Shown here in pieces: positions 8,736 through 19,075 of a DNA stretch of 64,000 nucleotides. This DNA comes from a virus, in IMG/VR virus record IMGVR_UViG_3300007512_000031, positions 2,328 through 66,327 of that record. The stretch is one strand, 5' to 3'. Position 1 is the stretch's first letter; every line of letters starts with the position of its first letter. The notes under the pieces are model-generated. The model did not search any database. It was not told the origin of the DNA and worked only from the letters and a program-made list of their open reading frames with translations. Made by a program: the position numbers and the translations under genes.

Positions 8736-9857
8736 TTACGATTGTGTGTTATTTTCGTCTGCTTCTGCTAGACGACCTACTGCGTTGAAATATGTACTCA
8801 TTCGGTCAGTTAATCCTTCTGTTTCATCATATGAAGGAACATCTACAGTTTCATTAAGAAGTACTTGCGGTTGTGGTGAACGGTTAAAATAACTTTCTTT
8901 GATTATTGAAAGTTTATTAGCAAATTCTTCTTCACTGTTGTACTCTACACCTCTAGCAAGTGATTTAAACTTTTCTACTTCTGTATCAGCCAAATCATGA
9001 CAGAGTGATTCAAAAATACTTTCGCAATTTGATTGTGTGTTTGCTTTCGAAAGATTTACATTTTCATGTAGTGTTTCGTTTAGTTTACTGGTAAGTTGTT
9101 CGCATTTATCTGCAAGTTCATCTACTAAATCGATTTTACTTCCAGGGACTTCAATATAATGACTTTCAAATAATCCTTTAAGACCATCCATAAATGATTC
9201 TGAAATTTCGTTTTGAATTCCACGATCAACAGCAAGTTCATTTTCACTCATCCATTCTGAAACAACATAGTTTAGATAGTCGTCCAATTGGTTTGTTAAT
9301 TTACCTTTGATACCTAAAACTTCTTCTACAACTACATCTCTTGATTGTCGGATAAGTTCTGCTTGAATTTCTTCAACTCTTGCGTTTACTGCTGCTTCAA
9401 AGATTGATGCTGTTTTTCTCTTGAATGAATCCGTTAAATCCTCACCACTGAAAAGTGCTTCAAGATGTTCTACTGTACGACCTTTCTTTTTGTCGTCAAG
9501 TGTTTTCTTTGCATCGCCGGTTTTAACGGGTTTATTTAAAACGACACCCTTACCTTCGGCATCTTTTGAACCCTTACCTTCGGCATCTTCTTCATCATCG
9601 TCTTCAGTAATATTAGATGATGCACCAACGATTAATTCGGCTTTTACCATTTCTCTTTGGATTGCTTCATCTAATTCTGATTCGTTTTCAACAGTTGAAA
9701 TTCTATCTAAAGCATCATTTGTATATTCTGATGTTAGACCCATTTCATTAAGAGCAGATGTGAACCAATTAACCTTCTCATCAACACGATTCTTGGTTTC
9801 TGTGGTATCACTTCGCTCTAAAATTTGTCTTGCAGTATTTATTGTGCTATTTGACAT
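8736..9857 (-). CDS. gp22: Prohead core scaffold protein gp22
   Basis: FKRKTASIFEAAV, LDDYLNYVVSEWMSENELAV, ESFMDGLKGLFESHYIEVP, IKESYF; lies between gp21 and gp23. Confidence 0.92.
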   Translation of the reverse strand: MSNSTINTARQILERSDTTETKNRVDEKVNWFTSALNEMGLTSEYTNDALDRISTVENESELDEAIQREMVKAELIVGASSNITEDDDEEDAEGKGSKDAEGKGVVLNKPVKTGDAKKTLDDKKKGRTVEHLEALFSGEDLTDSFKRKTASIFEAAVNARVEEIQAELIRQSRDVVVEEVLGIKGKLTNQLDDYLNYVVSEWMSENELAVDRGIQNEISESFMDGLKGLFESHYIEVPGSKIDLVDELADKCEQLTSKLNETLHENVNLSKANTQSNCESIFESLCHDLADTEVEKFKSLARGVEYNSEEEFANKLSIIKESYFNRSPQPQVLLNETVDVPSYDETEGLTDRMSTYFNAVGRLAEADENNTQS

Positions 9858-9925
9858 TGATTAATACTCCTTCGGTTTTCTTTAGTACATTTTTTATGTA
9901 TTATCGTATCAGTATGTATATTTTT

Positions 9926-10570
9926 TCATAATTTGGACAAGAAATCAGCAAAACAGTATGCAGCAACTTCATCCAAAGTTCTTGAGTTGGCTTTTGTGAT
10001 ATGTTTTTTATATGTATTGATATTTTTTTCAACAACCAATCCATTATTCCATACCCATTCTTTACCTTCCATTATACCATCAACAAATGCTTCAGGTGCG
10101 GAAGGATCCGCAACAATATCTACTGCGGCGAGCATAAAATCATCACCAACATATTTTGAGCCATTCTTTTCTTCTAAACTTCCCATTCCTCTTGAAGAAA
10201 CACCAAGTTTTGCACCCTCACTGATAAGATTTTTGGCAATTTTACCCATTGGTGTATCCATTATTTTGGCTTTACCCACAACATTATTACCTTCTAGGTG
10301 TAAATCTTTAATAATATGAGAAACTCGTTCTAGATTTACTGTTGGACCATCTGGATGACCTAATTCACCCATTGCTCTATTTTCTTTTACAAAGTTTTTA
10401 TTATATTTGTTGACTTCATTTTCGAGAATCTTTTTAGGATAAATTCTACCATTTCTGTTTTTTTGCTCTGCTTGCATAAAAACACCATTAATGAAGTAGT
10501 TGGAAGGTCCACCTTCTATATCTTCTTTAATAAGTTCAACATCATGATTTGTTTCAGTAATTAATTTCAT
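9926..10570 (-). CDS. gp21: Prohead protease gp21
   Basis: Likely start MKLITE at 10570 (GGAGAG RBS). NRNGRIYP, GELGHPDGPTVNLERVSH, GVSSRGMGSL, DIVADPSAPEAFV. Confidence 0.96.
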   Translation of the reverse strand: MKLITETNHDVELIKEDIEGGPSNYFINGVFMQAEQKNRNGRIYPKKILENEVNKYNKNFVKENRAMGELGHPDGPTVNLERVSHIIKDLHLEGNNVVGKAKIMDTPMGKIAKNLISEGAKLGVSSRGMGSLEEKNGSKYVGDDFMLAAVDIVADPSAPEAFVDGIMEGKEWVWNNGLVVEKNINTYKKHITKANSRTLDEVAAYCFADFLSKL

Positions 10571-10571
10571 T

Positions 10572-10910
10572 TTACTCTCCTTGCGCTCCACCTTCTTGAC
10601 CAGGCATTCCAGGCAATCCTGGTCCACCTTGAGGTGGTTGAGTCGATGTTTGTAAGACTTTTCTTGCCATATAAATTATTTCAGGAGTAAATTTCTCCCA
10701 AAGTCTATCCAGTATAACAGAATCTGCCCATCCTTCCATTTGCATTTGTTGAATAAATTGATCCACTTTTGGATTTTTTCTAAATTCATCAAACAACATA
10801 TCCTCAAGTTTAGGTGGAGGACCAGCAGGTGGTCCACCCATGCCTGGCATCGGAGGCATCCCCGGAGGTGGCGCTTGTTCTGTTATGAAATTTATATGTC
10901 CGTAATTCAT
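10572..10910 (-). CDS. Pro/Gly/Met-rich hypothetical protein, candidate internal head protein
   Basis: In the head operon with no spacing. Leader MNYGHINFITEQ, then PPPGMPPMPGMGGPP, a helical core and a PG-rich tail. Confidence 0.65.
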   Translation of the reverse strand: MNYGHINFITEQAPPPGMPPMPGMGGPPAGPPPKLEDMLFDEFRKNPKVDQFIQQMQMEGWADSVILDRLWEKFTPEIIYMARKVLQTSTQPPQGGPGLPGMPGQEGGAQGE

Positions 10911-10911
10911 T

Positions 10912-11205
10912 TTAATTACTATAAAACCATTCGTTAAATTCTGTCATATTTTTAAAGGTATAAACATGACCATGTGATGTATTTACTATAACAGTACCAC
11001 TTGGATAGTGTCTATACCAAAAATCAAGTCCACCGGGGGTTGTACCATTATCTGCTTTACCTGCTGATGCATACTGAGATTTTCCACCCCCACCGATTCC
11101 TCTTTTTGCAGCAACTACTCCTGGCCTAATTCCCACTTGTTCATTCATTGCTCTGCAATATCCAGCCTTATATGCTTCTTGTAATCGTTGTTGGTAATTT
11201 TTCAT
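10912..11205 (-). CDS. Hypothetical protein, candidate internal head protein
   Basis: Probable start MKNYQQRLQEAYKAGYCRAMNEQ at 11205, an ATGA overlap with the upstream stop. Carries the shared AYxAGY leader motif. Confidence 0.7.
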   Translation of the reverse strand: MKNYQQRLQEAYKAGYCRAMNEQVGIRPGVVAAKRGIGGGGKSQYASAGKADNGTTPGGLDFWYRHYPSGTVIVNTSHGHVYTFKNMTEFNEWFYSN

Positions 11206-11504
11206 TGTCCTGGCTGCCAATATTCATTTACTGCTTTACTAATTTTCTTTCTACGGTTCTTCAAGTATTCATCTGATTCATCAGAATCACCATCGTTGTC
11301 GATGTCAGAATCGCCTTTATCTACTGGGTCAAGTGTATCACCCGAATCATCTTCTGAATCATTGTCTTTGTCTGAGACTTTGGCGTACTTCTTTTTTTCT
11401 TCTAGTGCTTCGCCAATCTTTTGCAAAAGTACTGATTCGATGTCATTTTTTGCTTCATGGAGATTGCCACTTACTATGTCTGTGAATATTTTTCTTGTAC
11501 TCAT
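11202..11504 (-). CDS. Prohead core protein (gp67-like) with acidic DxDxDG motif
   Basis: N-terminal helix KIGEALEEKKK like gp67; LDPVDKGDSDIDNDGDSDESDEYLKNRRKKISKA module; position between portal and gp21. Confidence 0.6.
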   Translation of the reverse strand: MSTRKIFTDIVSGNLHEAKNDIESVLLQKIGEALEEKKKYAKVSDKDNDSEDDSGDTLDPVDKGDSDIDNDGDSDESDEYLKNRRKKISKAVNEYWQPGQ

Positions 11505-12673
11505 TTATGCATCCTTTTCTTTGCAAAATCATTAATTTCAACGAATGATTTTACATTTTCTTGAATTAGTTCTCTAAGTCTAATTTGATTATCCTCGTTT
11601 AATTCATCATGTAGAGTTATAATATTTTCTGAAATATCTGGAGTAACATGAATTATTTCTCCATTAATATCTATGTCTACAGGTATTTTGGTGGCATGTG
11701 ATTCTTGTAATTTCGAAATCATAGATTCATTTATTTTTTTACCACGACTTTTCTTCAAATACTTCTGTAATGCACTTTTATCTACTGGTTTATTGCCTAA
11801 CATATGCACTTCTACTTTAACCGTATCAAACAATGATGTTGTTGCTACTCCACTATTTGCCATATCATATGCAAATTGATTTGCCATTCTGCTGCTAGGA
11901 AATTCAAATACCGATGCAGTTGTACCTATTTTTTTCTGTTTTGTTTGTTCGTCTAATAGTTTAGTAGATTCTGCTAGTTCATATCCTCTCATAAGATATT
12001 TCTTTTCATCTTTTTTATCAATTACTACGACTTTACCTTTTTTGTCCACCACCATTGTTTCTTTTTTTGGGTCTTTTAGTTGTCTTGGTGGGACTAGGTT
12101 TTTTAAAATCTTTTCATTTTTCTTACGAAACTTTGTTCTTTCAGCAGCACTACTAAAATCAAATACAACTTCTTTCTTTTTCCTGTCTACTCTACCACCA
12201 AGATTAGTAAGTTTAGTAACAAATTTATGGTCTTTATCTGCGTATGGAAAAACTATTGAAAATTTATCAGATTTTGGAAGAGGGGATGTTCTTTCATTTA
12301 ATTGATTTGCTTCTGCCACAAAGGTTGTATATTTTGTGTTGAGATGTTGTTTATATGTTTTCTCAACATATGTTTTAATTTTTTGTAGTTCTTGTTTAGA
12401 ACCATTAAAACCAATATCAAACCCCTTGCCCATTGAACCAGAACCAGTGTATTGCTTCTTAAATTTCTTTTTCAAATCACCATCGATGGATTTTTTATCG
12501 CCATTTTTAAAATCAAATACAAGAATCCAATCAGATGCTTCAAGTATGTTTACTAAAGAATTTGATTTCCTTGCATCAATAAAATTAATGGTTTTTTCTG
12601 CCAAAGATTGATTAATAAAGGTTTTAAAACCATCAACATCTTTGCTTATAAGAGATTTGATAAAATTACTCAT
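11501..12673 (-). CDS. Prohead core-associated multi-module protein (gp67-like N-terminus)
   Basis: Directly after the portal gene. Modules are separated by L/I/V-x-E sites (ILEA, VAEA, LNER, LAES, LDEQ, INES, LQES). Confidence 0.6.
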   Translation of the reverse strand: MSNFIKSLISKDVDGFKTFINQSLAEKTINFIDARKSNSLVNILEASDWILVFDFKNGDKKSIDGDLKKKFKKQYTGSGSMGKGFDIGFNGSKQELQKIKTYVEKTYKQHLNTKYTTFVAEANQLNERTSPLPKSDKFSIVFPYADKDHKFVTKLTNLGGRVDRKKKEVVFDFSSAAERTKFRKKNEKILKNLVPPRQLKDPKKETMVVDKKGKVVVIDKKDEKKYLMRGYELAESTKLLDEQTKQKKIGTTASVFEFPSSRMANQFAYDMANSGVATTSLFDTVKVEVHMLGNKPVDKSALQKYLKKSRGKKINESMISKLQESHATKIPVDIDINGEIIHVTPDISENIITLHDELNEDNQIRLRELIQENVKSFVEINDFAKKRMHK

Positions 12674-14187
12674 TAGAATTCCTCGTCTTCTTCTCCATGT
12701 AACCCTTTGGATTTTTCATCAGACATTTGCTTGTCCATTTCAGAAATCTCATCTTCAGTTTGTTTTAATATATTTCTTCTAATCCATTCAATAGAGTAGT
12801 ACCTACCTATGTATTCATTTACCTCTCTCAACACTTCCATTCTTTCTTTAAGAATTTCTGATTCTTTTAGTTCGGTAAAATATGAATCTTTTGCATACTC
12901 AATGTATACTTTTTGGGAAATTTCTTTCCAATCATCAACAGTAATGATATTTTTCATTAAGAGTTGTGTTTTTAACAATTCCATGAATAAATCACTAAAT
13001 CGTTTTCGAAGTCGTTCAATAAACTTGAAGAATTTTAATTCGTCCCGTGTAATTTCGGCACTTCTTCCCATATTGAAACCATTTTCTGCATCAAGTCTTG
13101 ATGTTGGAACATGAAGCGAACGATACAGTTTCTTTTGGAAATATTCGACATCTTCCATTTCACCTAAGTTTTGACCACCATCAAGTGTTGAGATTTCTGT
13201 TCCTCTTCCACCCTCTCGTCTTGGAAGCCAATAATCTTCCAACATTGACATATGGCGTTTATCGTCTTTAATTTCACCTGTTGAAGCATCATATACTAGT
13301 TTGTTTCGATATCGATTCATGATATCTTTTAGATATTGTTCTGCTTTATTCTTTGGTAAGTTACCAACATCAATATAGAATATTCTTCGTTCAGGCGCTC
13401 TTGATATTCTATAAATCACTACAGCATCTTCAATCATTCGTAATTGATTGAGTGGTTTGATTGCTTTGTGTAAATGACCTATTACTCGTTTTCTTGTTCC
13501 ATCAAACAATCCCGAATTTACATAACAAATAGCATCTGGAGATACTTTAATCCCTTTTTGATCATATGTTCCATATGTGTATACTGAACCAGTTTTTTGC
13601 ATAGACTGGTCATACATGTAAAATTCTTTTACATCTTTAATAACCTCGATGCCGTCTTTATTTCGTTCTTTAATAACTTCACGAATTTTTCGAATCTTTG
13701 TTGGATCAATAGGTCTAACTTCTGTTATTCCTTTATTTCCGTTTTGACTATCGGATATAATATGAAAGTATAATCTTCCATCAATATACCATTTCTTAAA
13801 AATGTCATATGCTTTGTTATTAAAATCTAATAAAGAAAGAATATTATCAAATTCTTCATATATTTTATTTTTAACGGTATCTGATTGTTCATAATGGTCC
13901 ATTACTAATTTAACAGGAATACGATATTCATCGAATACAATAGCATCGTTGCAAACATCTTCAACTGCTTGTTCTACTTCAGGTTGTAATATCATAGTTC
14001 GGTAATGATTAATAAATCCTACTTCACTTTTGATATCTCCTTCTAAATCAAGATATGATCCGTAAAAACCCCCGGCTGTAACAACGGTTGCACCATCATC
14101 ATAGTCCGGGGATACGAAGGATTTTGCTTTAGTTGGTTCTTCGGTCTGTTTTGATTTCCCGAATTTAAATCCAAACAATTCTGGCAT
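12673..14187 (-). CDS. gp20: Portal vertex protein gp20
   Basis: WYIDGRLYFH, LHKAIKPLNQLRMIEDAVVIYRISRAPERRIFYIDVGNLPK, MLEDYWLPRREGGRGTEISTL. Confidence 0.98.
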   Translation of the reverse strand: MPELFGFKFGKSKQTEEPTKAKSFVSPDYDDGATVVTAGGFYGSYLDLEGDIKSEVGFINHYRTMILQPEVEQAVEDVCNDAIVFDEYRIPVKLVMDHYEQSDTVKNKIYEEFDNILSLLDFNNKAYDIFKKWYIDGRLYFHIISDSQNGNKGITEVRPIDPTKIRKIREVIKERNKDGIEVIKDVKEFYMYDQSMQKTGSVYTYGTYDQKGIKVSPDAICYVNSGLFDGTRKRVIGHLHKAIKPLNQLRMIEDAVVIYRISRAPERRIFYIDVGNLPKNKAEQYLKDIMNRYRNKLVYDASTGEIKDDKRHMSMLEDYWLPRREGGRGTEISTLDGGQNLGEMEDVEYFQKKLYRSLHVPTSRLDAENGFNMGRSAEITRDELKFFKFIERLRKRFSDLFMELLKTQLLMKNIITVDDWKEISQKVYIEYAKDSYFTELKESEILKERMEVLREVNEYIGRYYSIEWIRRNILKQTEDEISEMDKQMSDEKSKGLHGEEDEEF

Positions 14188-14215
14188 AATAAGTCCTCAT
14201 TTTATATAGTACCGT

Positions 14216-14806
14216 TTAACCGGCTTCTCCAACGCCACCCAAATCTACCGATTCTGTAAGGTCAACATCTGGAGCATCACTTGTCAAGAAGTAACTATAC
14301 GACATAGTTACGGAAAAGTCTGACAATGTATCACTGGCATCAGCATCTAATGCCATATCACCAATCACTGTGGGGAAGCAATGGAAAAATGAGTATGTTT
14401 TGATAGGATTATTTTGTCTATCAAGTTGGTCCACACTCCAAGTTGGGAATAATCCTGTTGCTAAAGAACTTCCTTGTGTTAAATCATGAGGTTGTTCTGC
14501 AATATTACCAATTGTTGAGTTTATTGCTTCCATCCATTTTTCAAATTTAGTTCTGAGATTAAATTCTCCATCACTAATTACAGTCATAGTCCAATCATCA
14601 AATGTTCTATTTCCTGGAAGTTTTAATTGTCTACCACGGAAAGGAACAAGAATTGTACTAAGGTTTGTTGCAGGTAAAGAGGCAGTTCTGATAAGGAATG
14701 AACCCGATGAGTCCGTCCCCGCTGGTCCGATAGGACCGTTTACCCTAAACAGATTAGGACGAACGCCACCAGCCTTGAGATTATTCTTAAAATCGTTAAT
14801 GTTCAT
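14216..14806 (-). CDS. gp19: Tail tube protein gp19
   Basis: GGVRPNLF, VPFRGRQLKLPGNRTFDDWTMTV, QLDR; TATAAATA at 14825-14832. Confidence 0.95.
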   Translation of the reverse strand: MNINDFKNNLKAGGVRPNLFRVNGPIGPAGTDSSGSFLIRTASLPATNLSTILVPFRGRQLKLPGNRTFDDWTMTVISDGEFNLRTKFEKWMEAINSTIGNIAEQPHDLTQGSSLATGLFPTWSVDQLDRQNNPIKTYSFFHCFPTVIGDMALDADASDTLSDFSVTMSYSYFLTSDAPDVDLTESVDLGGVGEAG

Positions 14807-14843
14807 GCTTTGTTTCCTCTTTTATATTTATACCAATTTATAG

Positions 14844-16826
14844 TCATCCTCCAGCAACTTCACTAAAATCTACACCAGATCGTGTAGCAACAAAGTTCAA
14901 CTGGATGAAGTTGATTGAACGAGTTGGTTTTACGAAAATATCAGCAACAAATTTATTTGCATCAATAACTGCTGAAGTATTATTAGTAGTATCACATACA
15001 ACTTTAAAGTCTGTGATTCCTCTTCGTCCTTGAATATCTCGTAGGAATGGTTCAATCATATTCTTAAATTGGGCTCTTGTAAATGAATCATTTTGTTCGA
15101 AAAGTTGGAACTTCGAAGCAGTTGAGATTGCTTTTTCAAGAACAATAAAGAGTCGTCTAACATTAATTCTGTCGAATGCACTTCCTTTGCTTTGTAGTGT
15201 TTTATCACCAAACAAAATTGTACCTTCGCCGGGGAATGAAACTACTGGGTTAATGTTGTTCTTGTATAATTCATCTCGATGTGCTTCATCAGTAGGATTC
15301 AATGCAAGTTTAACTGCACCTCGAATCTGTCCACGATTGAAGCCTGCTGGTGAGAACCAAGGATCATTGACATTATCTGTTCTAGCACAGAGTCCTGCCA
15401 TATCACCGTTTAGTGGCACCCATCGAAGTTTATCGTTGTATCTGTCGTACTGATACTTCCAACCACTGTCTAAGAATGCATAAGAACTATTCTTATTAAG
15501 TTGATTGTCATGATAATCTACAACATTTGAAACTTGTGTTGCAGTAACTGTTTCTGATACAACATCTGCTTCTTCTGGCGAGACAAATGCAACACAATCT
15601 TTTCTTGCATCTGCAATATCGATTATTTCACCAGAAAGTGAAGAATCTGCGTCTCCAGCGATAAGTAGTGAAATGTCTACTGTATCTGGGTCAGCAAGTA
15701 AGTTGTATGCATTTAATTTATTTGTATTCGTAGAACTTGAAGAATAAGCACCACTTGCACCTGAGTAATATGCTCTCTTGGCAAAGTTAAATGTGATTGC
15801 AGTATCTCCAAAAGTTATACCTGCGGCAGAGTTTCCACCTACGGTGTCAATTATTTCTCCACCCACCCAAATATATCTAGAACCATTGTTGATTTTAGTA
15901 ACATAGTAGTTTGAGTTTCCATCACCGTCTTTGGCATCAATTGCTTTAGATACATTGTTGTATACTTCTAATACACCGTTTGTGACTCCACCAAATTTAC
16001 CATCTTCATCAATAACTACCACACTAAATTGGTCGCCAGTACCACCAACAAAATCTAGGTTTGTAGAAGTTGAAGTTCGTTCCACATATGATTTATATGC
16101 AAATTCCCAGTGTGCTGTTGAACCCACTGTAAGGGCACTAGTAAGAGCGGGACTAAAATCAATTGTTGAGCCGCTTGTTGCGCCACAAACCCCAGTAACT
16201 GTAAATGTTTTATTAATACCCCCAATTTTTAATACATCACCAACAATTGCACTTGTTGCTCCAGGGGCACTGTTTCCTGCTGTTCCAGCCGCAAAGTGAA
16301 GTGCTGTGGCGCCAACTGCCGCGGCAGTCCCAGTAGTTATATCAGGTCCACGAGTTCCCTGACTAGTTCCTGTTGCACCAAAGTCTACAACAGCAACTTT
16401 TAGGCTGTTTCCCATACTTCCTGCATATTTTGCAACAAAGTTTGCATCTCCTGCTGCTGTATATAATCCTGTGTTATCTGCTTGACCTGCTTCGTAAATA
16501 TCAGAGTTTTTGATTAGCAATCCACCAGAACTACCACTAAAACCGAAGAACGAGTTTACTGCTGTACTATTTGTACATCGAACCACGGTAAGTGAACCAC
16601 CATATCCGAGGAAATTGGCAGCAGATAACCACCCCTTAAAGTTGTCGTTATCGGGTTTACCAAAAAGGTCTGCTAAATCATTTTCACCCGCTACTAGTAC
16701 TCTTTGTTCAATTGGACCCCAATTGAACTGACCTGCATATCCCGCTCGTGTTGTTGAAACGGCGGGTACAATATTTGTAAAGTCCTTTTCTGTGACTGTG
16801 ACGCCTGGACTGACTCTAAATGCCAT
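14844..16826 (-). CDS. gp18: Tail sheath protein gp18
   Basis: SPGVTVTEKD, FNWGP, WFSPAGFNRGQI, GDKTL, AFDRINVRRLF, KPTRSINFIQLNFVA. Confidence 0.97.
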   Translation of the reverse strand: MAFRVSPGVTVTEKDFTNIVPAVSTTRAGYAGQFNWGPIEQRVLVAGENDLADLFGKPDNDNFKGWLSAANFLGYGGSLTVVRCTNSTAVNSFFGFSGSSGGLLIKNSDIYEAGQADNTGLYTAAGDANFVAKYAGSMGNSLKVAVVDFGATGTSQGTRGPDITTGTAAAVGATALHFAAGTAGNSAPGATSAIVGDVLKIGGINKTFTVTGVCGATSGSTIDFSPALTSALTVGSTAHWEFAYKSYVERTSTSTNLDFVGGTGDQFSVVVIDEDGKFGGVTNGVLEVYNNVSKAIDAKDGDGNSNYYVTKINNGSRYIWVGGEIIDTVGGNSAAGITFGDTAITFNFAKRAYYSGASGAYSSSSTNTNKLNAYNLLADPDTVDISLLIAGDADSSLSGEIIDIADARKDCVAFVSPEEADVVSETVTATQVSNVVDYHDNQLNKNSSYAFLDSGWKYQYDRYNDKLRWVPLNGDMAGLCARTDNVNDPWFSPAGFNRGQIRGAVKLALNPTDEAHRDELYKNNINPVVSFPGEGTILFGDKTLQSKGSAFDRINVRRLFIVLEKAISTASKFQLFEQNDSFTRAQFKNMIEPFLRDIQGRRGITDFKVVCDTTNNTSAVIDANKFVADIFVKPTRSINFIQLNFVATRSGVDFSEVAGG

Positions 16827-16908
16827 ATTAATTCTCCTTGAGACTGTTATATATCGTTTTACACTATATGTGTTTTCTGAAAATATGTATCATTTTTTGG
16901 TATTTCAT

Positions 16909-18576
16909 TTATATAGAAAAGAATGAACCTAAATTATCATCATCAGCATTTTGCCATATTGTACCATCAGCATCCACTTCATAGTCATCTTCAACACCAC
17001 TATTTATAAACCCAAAAGGTGTCATTTCAGATTCTAATTGTTCTAATTTTTCTTTATACATGGATTTTCTAACATCCATATTAAGCATATCTTTAAAATA
17101 TTGTTGTGTAGTACACCAAGCAAATAATACTAATGACATAACTAAGTCATCTGTGTGTCCGGCATCAGCCTCAAACGAATTTCTTTTGGAAATAAAAGAA
17201 ATAAGTTCATCTATGATATTAAAATCTTCAATAAGTAATTTATCTTCTTCAATTAAGTTTTTTAAGTTAGAACAACCCACTCGTTTTGTTGCTTGGGTAG
17301 TTCTCATACCTAACTGAGAACCACCTTTACCAAAACCACCATCTAGTGTTTGACCTTTTCTTCCACGAATGGTGGTCATAAGAATATGTTCATATTCAAA
17401 TTCACTATGCATTATATCTGCTACTTGACCTCCAATATCGTTAATTTCAATCATACAATATGCATCATTATATTGTTTGCATAATGAATGTACAACGGTA
17501 GGATATGTCATAGGAGAAAGTTCATTATTTCTAAAGGTTGCAACCACTTTAAATGGTTTATCATCGTGTGTGATGTCTACTAACACAAATGCATGATAAT
17601 CTAGCCCAGTTCCTCTTGCAACATCTACTCCCATAAAGTAAATATGGTCTTTTTCTGGTTTCTCGTAAATACAAAGTCCTTCGTCATTTTTGTGGATAGG
17701 AGTTTTATATGCCAAAGATTTTAATTTAGCAGAAGATATAAGGGTATTAATAGAACCGATGAAATCACAACCAAATTCGGTTCTAAATTGTTCTTCGCTA
17801 GTGTTTGCAATGGTTTCTTCTTTCCATTTAGCATCTCTGCCAGGCACATCCGACCAATGAACCTCAATCGGAATATAACTATTTCTCCCTTCAGTAGCAT
17901 CTACCCACATTCGGTAATACATGTTCAACCCTTTTGGGGTGGAAACAATAAGTACTTTTGTGGTCTTACCTGATGAAATTGTAGGATATACTGAACTGAA
18001 GAATTCTTCCGCAACCCCTTGCGGAACATAGGCAAATTCATCCATGAAAATCATATTGAATGAACCACCCCGAACAGCACTAGATGATGTTGCAGAAGCA
18101 AGAATTTTAGAACCATTTTCTAATTCAATTGAACCTTTGTTCCATTCAATGATTCCCTGCTGTATCCATTTTGGCAGATGTTCATATGCTAGTTTTAATC
18201 TTCCTAATAAATCTCTTGCTGTTGCCAATTTATTTGCAAGAATAGCAACATTGACACTTTCGTTGAATAGAACATAATGCAAAAGATATGCAATTACGGT
18301 GGTTGATTTACCACTTTGACGAGGTAATTTTGCAATCACAAACCTATTGTTGTGAATCTTTTCTACCATATTCGATTGAAAATCATACATCGAAAATGGC
18401 ATTAATCCTTCATCCACATTTACAATTTGAACATAAGTTTCAATAAAATATACAGGATCATTAGCACATTTCAAATATTCTTCAACTTGTTCTTTAGTAA
18501 AGTTGACAGGAACATCTGAAGATTTTAGATTCTTGTTTCCAAGATATGAATTATCGTCAATCGTCTTTCTGGGCAT
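16909..18576 (-). CDS. gp17: Terminase large subunit gp17
   Basis: YLGNKNLK, Walker A PRQSGKST, Walker B IFMDEFA, VSTPKG, RNase H-like DVARG and DDLVM. Confidence 0.98.
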   Translation of the reverse strand: MPRKTIDDNSYLGNKNLKSSDVPVNFTKEQVEEYLKCANDPVYFIETYVQIVNVDEGLMPFSMYDFQSNMVEKIHNNRFVIAKLPRQSGKSTTVIAYLLHYVLFNESVNVAILANKLATARDLLGRLKLAYEHLPKWIQQGIIEWNKGSIELENGSKILASATSSSAVRGGSFNMIFMDEFAYVPQGVAEEFFSSVYPTISSGKTTKVLIVSTPKGLNMYYRMWVDATEGRNSYIPIEVHWSDVPGRDAKWKEETIANTSEEQFRTEFGCDFIGSINTLISSAKLKSLAYKTPIHKNDEGLCIYEKPEKDHIYFMGVDVARGTGLDYHAFVLVDITHDDKPFKVVATFRNNELSPMTYPTVVHSLCKQYNDAYCMIEINDIGGQVADIMHSEFEYEHILMTTIRGRKGQTLDGGFGKGGSQLGMRTTQATKRVGCSNLKNLIEEDKLLIEDFNIIDELISFISKRNSFEADAGHTDDLVMSLVLFAWCTTQQYFKDMLNMDVRKSMYKEKLEQLESEMTPFGFINSGVEDDYEVDADGTIWQNADDDNLGSFFSI

Positions 18577-19066
18577 CGTCTTCTTCAGCCAAATTTTCTA
18601 TCTGTTTTGCATTATTTTTTACTAATTGTTGTAATTCTTTAGTCGAACCAACAAAAATAGATTGATTTGTTGTATTATGTTGATGAAGATTAACTTCTTC
18701 TTTTTTGATTTCTTTCATTTGTTTATGAAGTCCAATCAAATCTTTATTTGCTTCAGAAACTGTTTTGATAAGTTGTGAAACTACTTCATATGCTCTTGGA
18801 GTTTCACCTTCATCAGCAATAGTAAGAATCCCATCAATAGCAACAGTACCTTTATCAATGATTTCTTTAAGACTATCTCTGACATCTGTATAGTCTTTCT
18901 CTAAATGTATTTGTTTAATATTTTTCTTTTCAGAATCAGGAACTATAACAATTTCTGTTTCTTCTATTTCACATTCGAGAATTTCTGATTCAACATCAAT
19001 AGTTGTATCGTCTAATATATTAAGTGCTTCACCAATTCTTTCATCTACTTTCTTTTTCTTTGCCAT
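18557..19066 (-). CDS. gp16: Terminase small subunit gp16
   Basis: DYTDVR, PRAYEVVSQLIK, IFVGSTKELQQL; immediately upstream of gp17. Confidence 0.92.
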   Translation of the reverse strand: MAKKKKVDERIGEALNILDDTTIDVESEILECEIEETEIVIVPDSEKKNIKQIHLEKDYTDVRDSLKEIIDKGTVAIDGILTIADEGETPRAYEVVSQLIKTVSEANKDLIGLHKQMKEIKKEEVNLHQHNTTNQSIFVGSTKELQQLVKNNAKQIENLAEEDDAQKDD

Positions 19067-19075
19067 TATATTAAA

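Noticed and set aside
10571-10627. N-terminal extensions given by the ORF track for gp21 (likewise 22641, 41530, 48230, 56559, 11220)
   Set aside because: They overlap upstream genes; downstream ATGs with an RBS or stop-start coupling are better starts.
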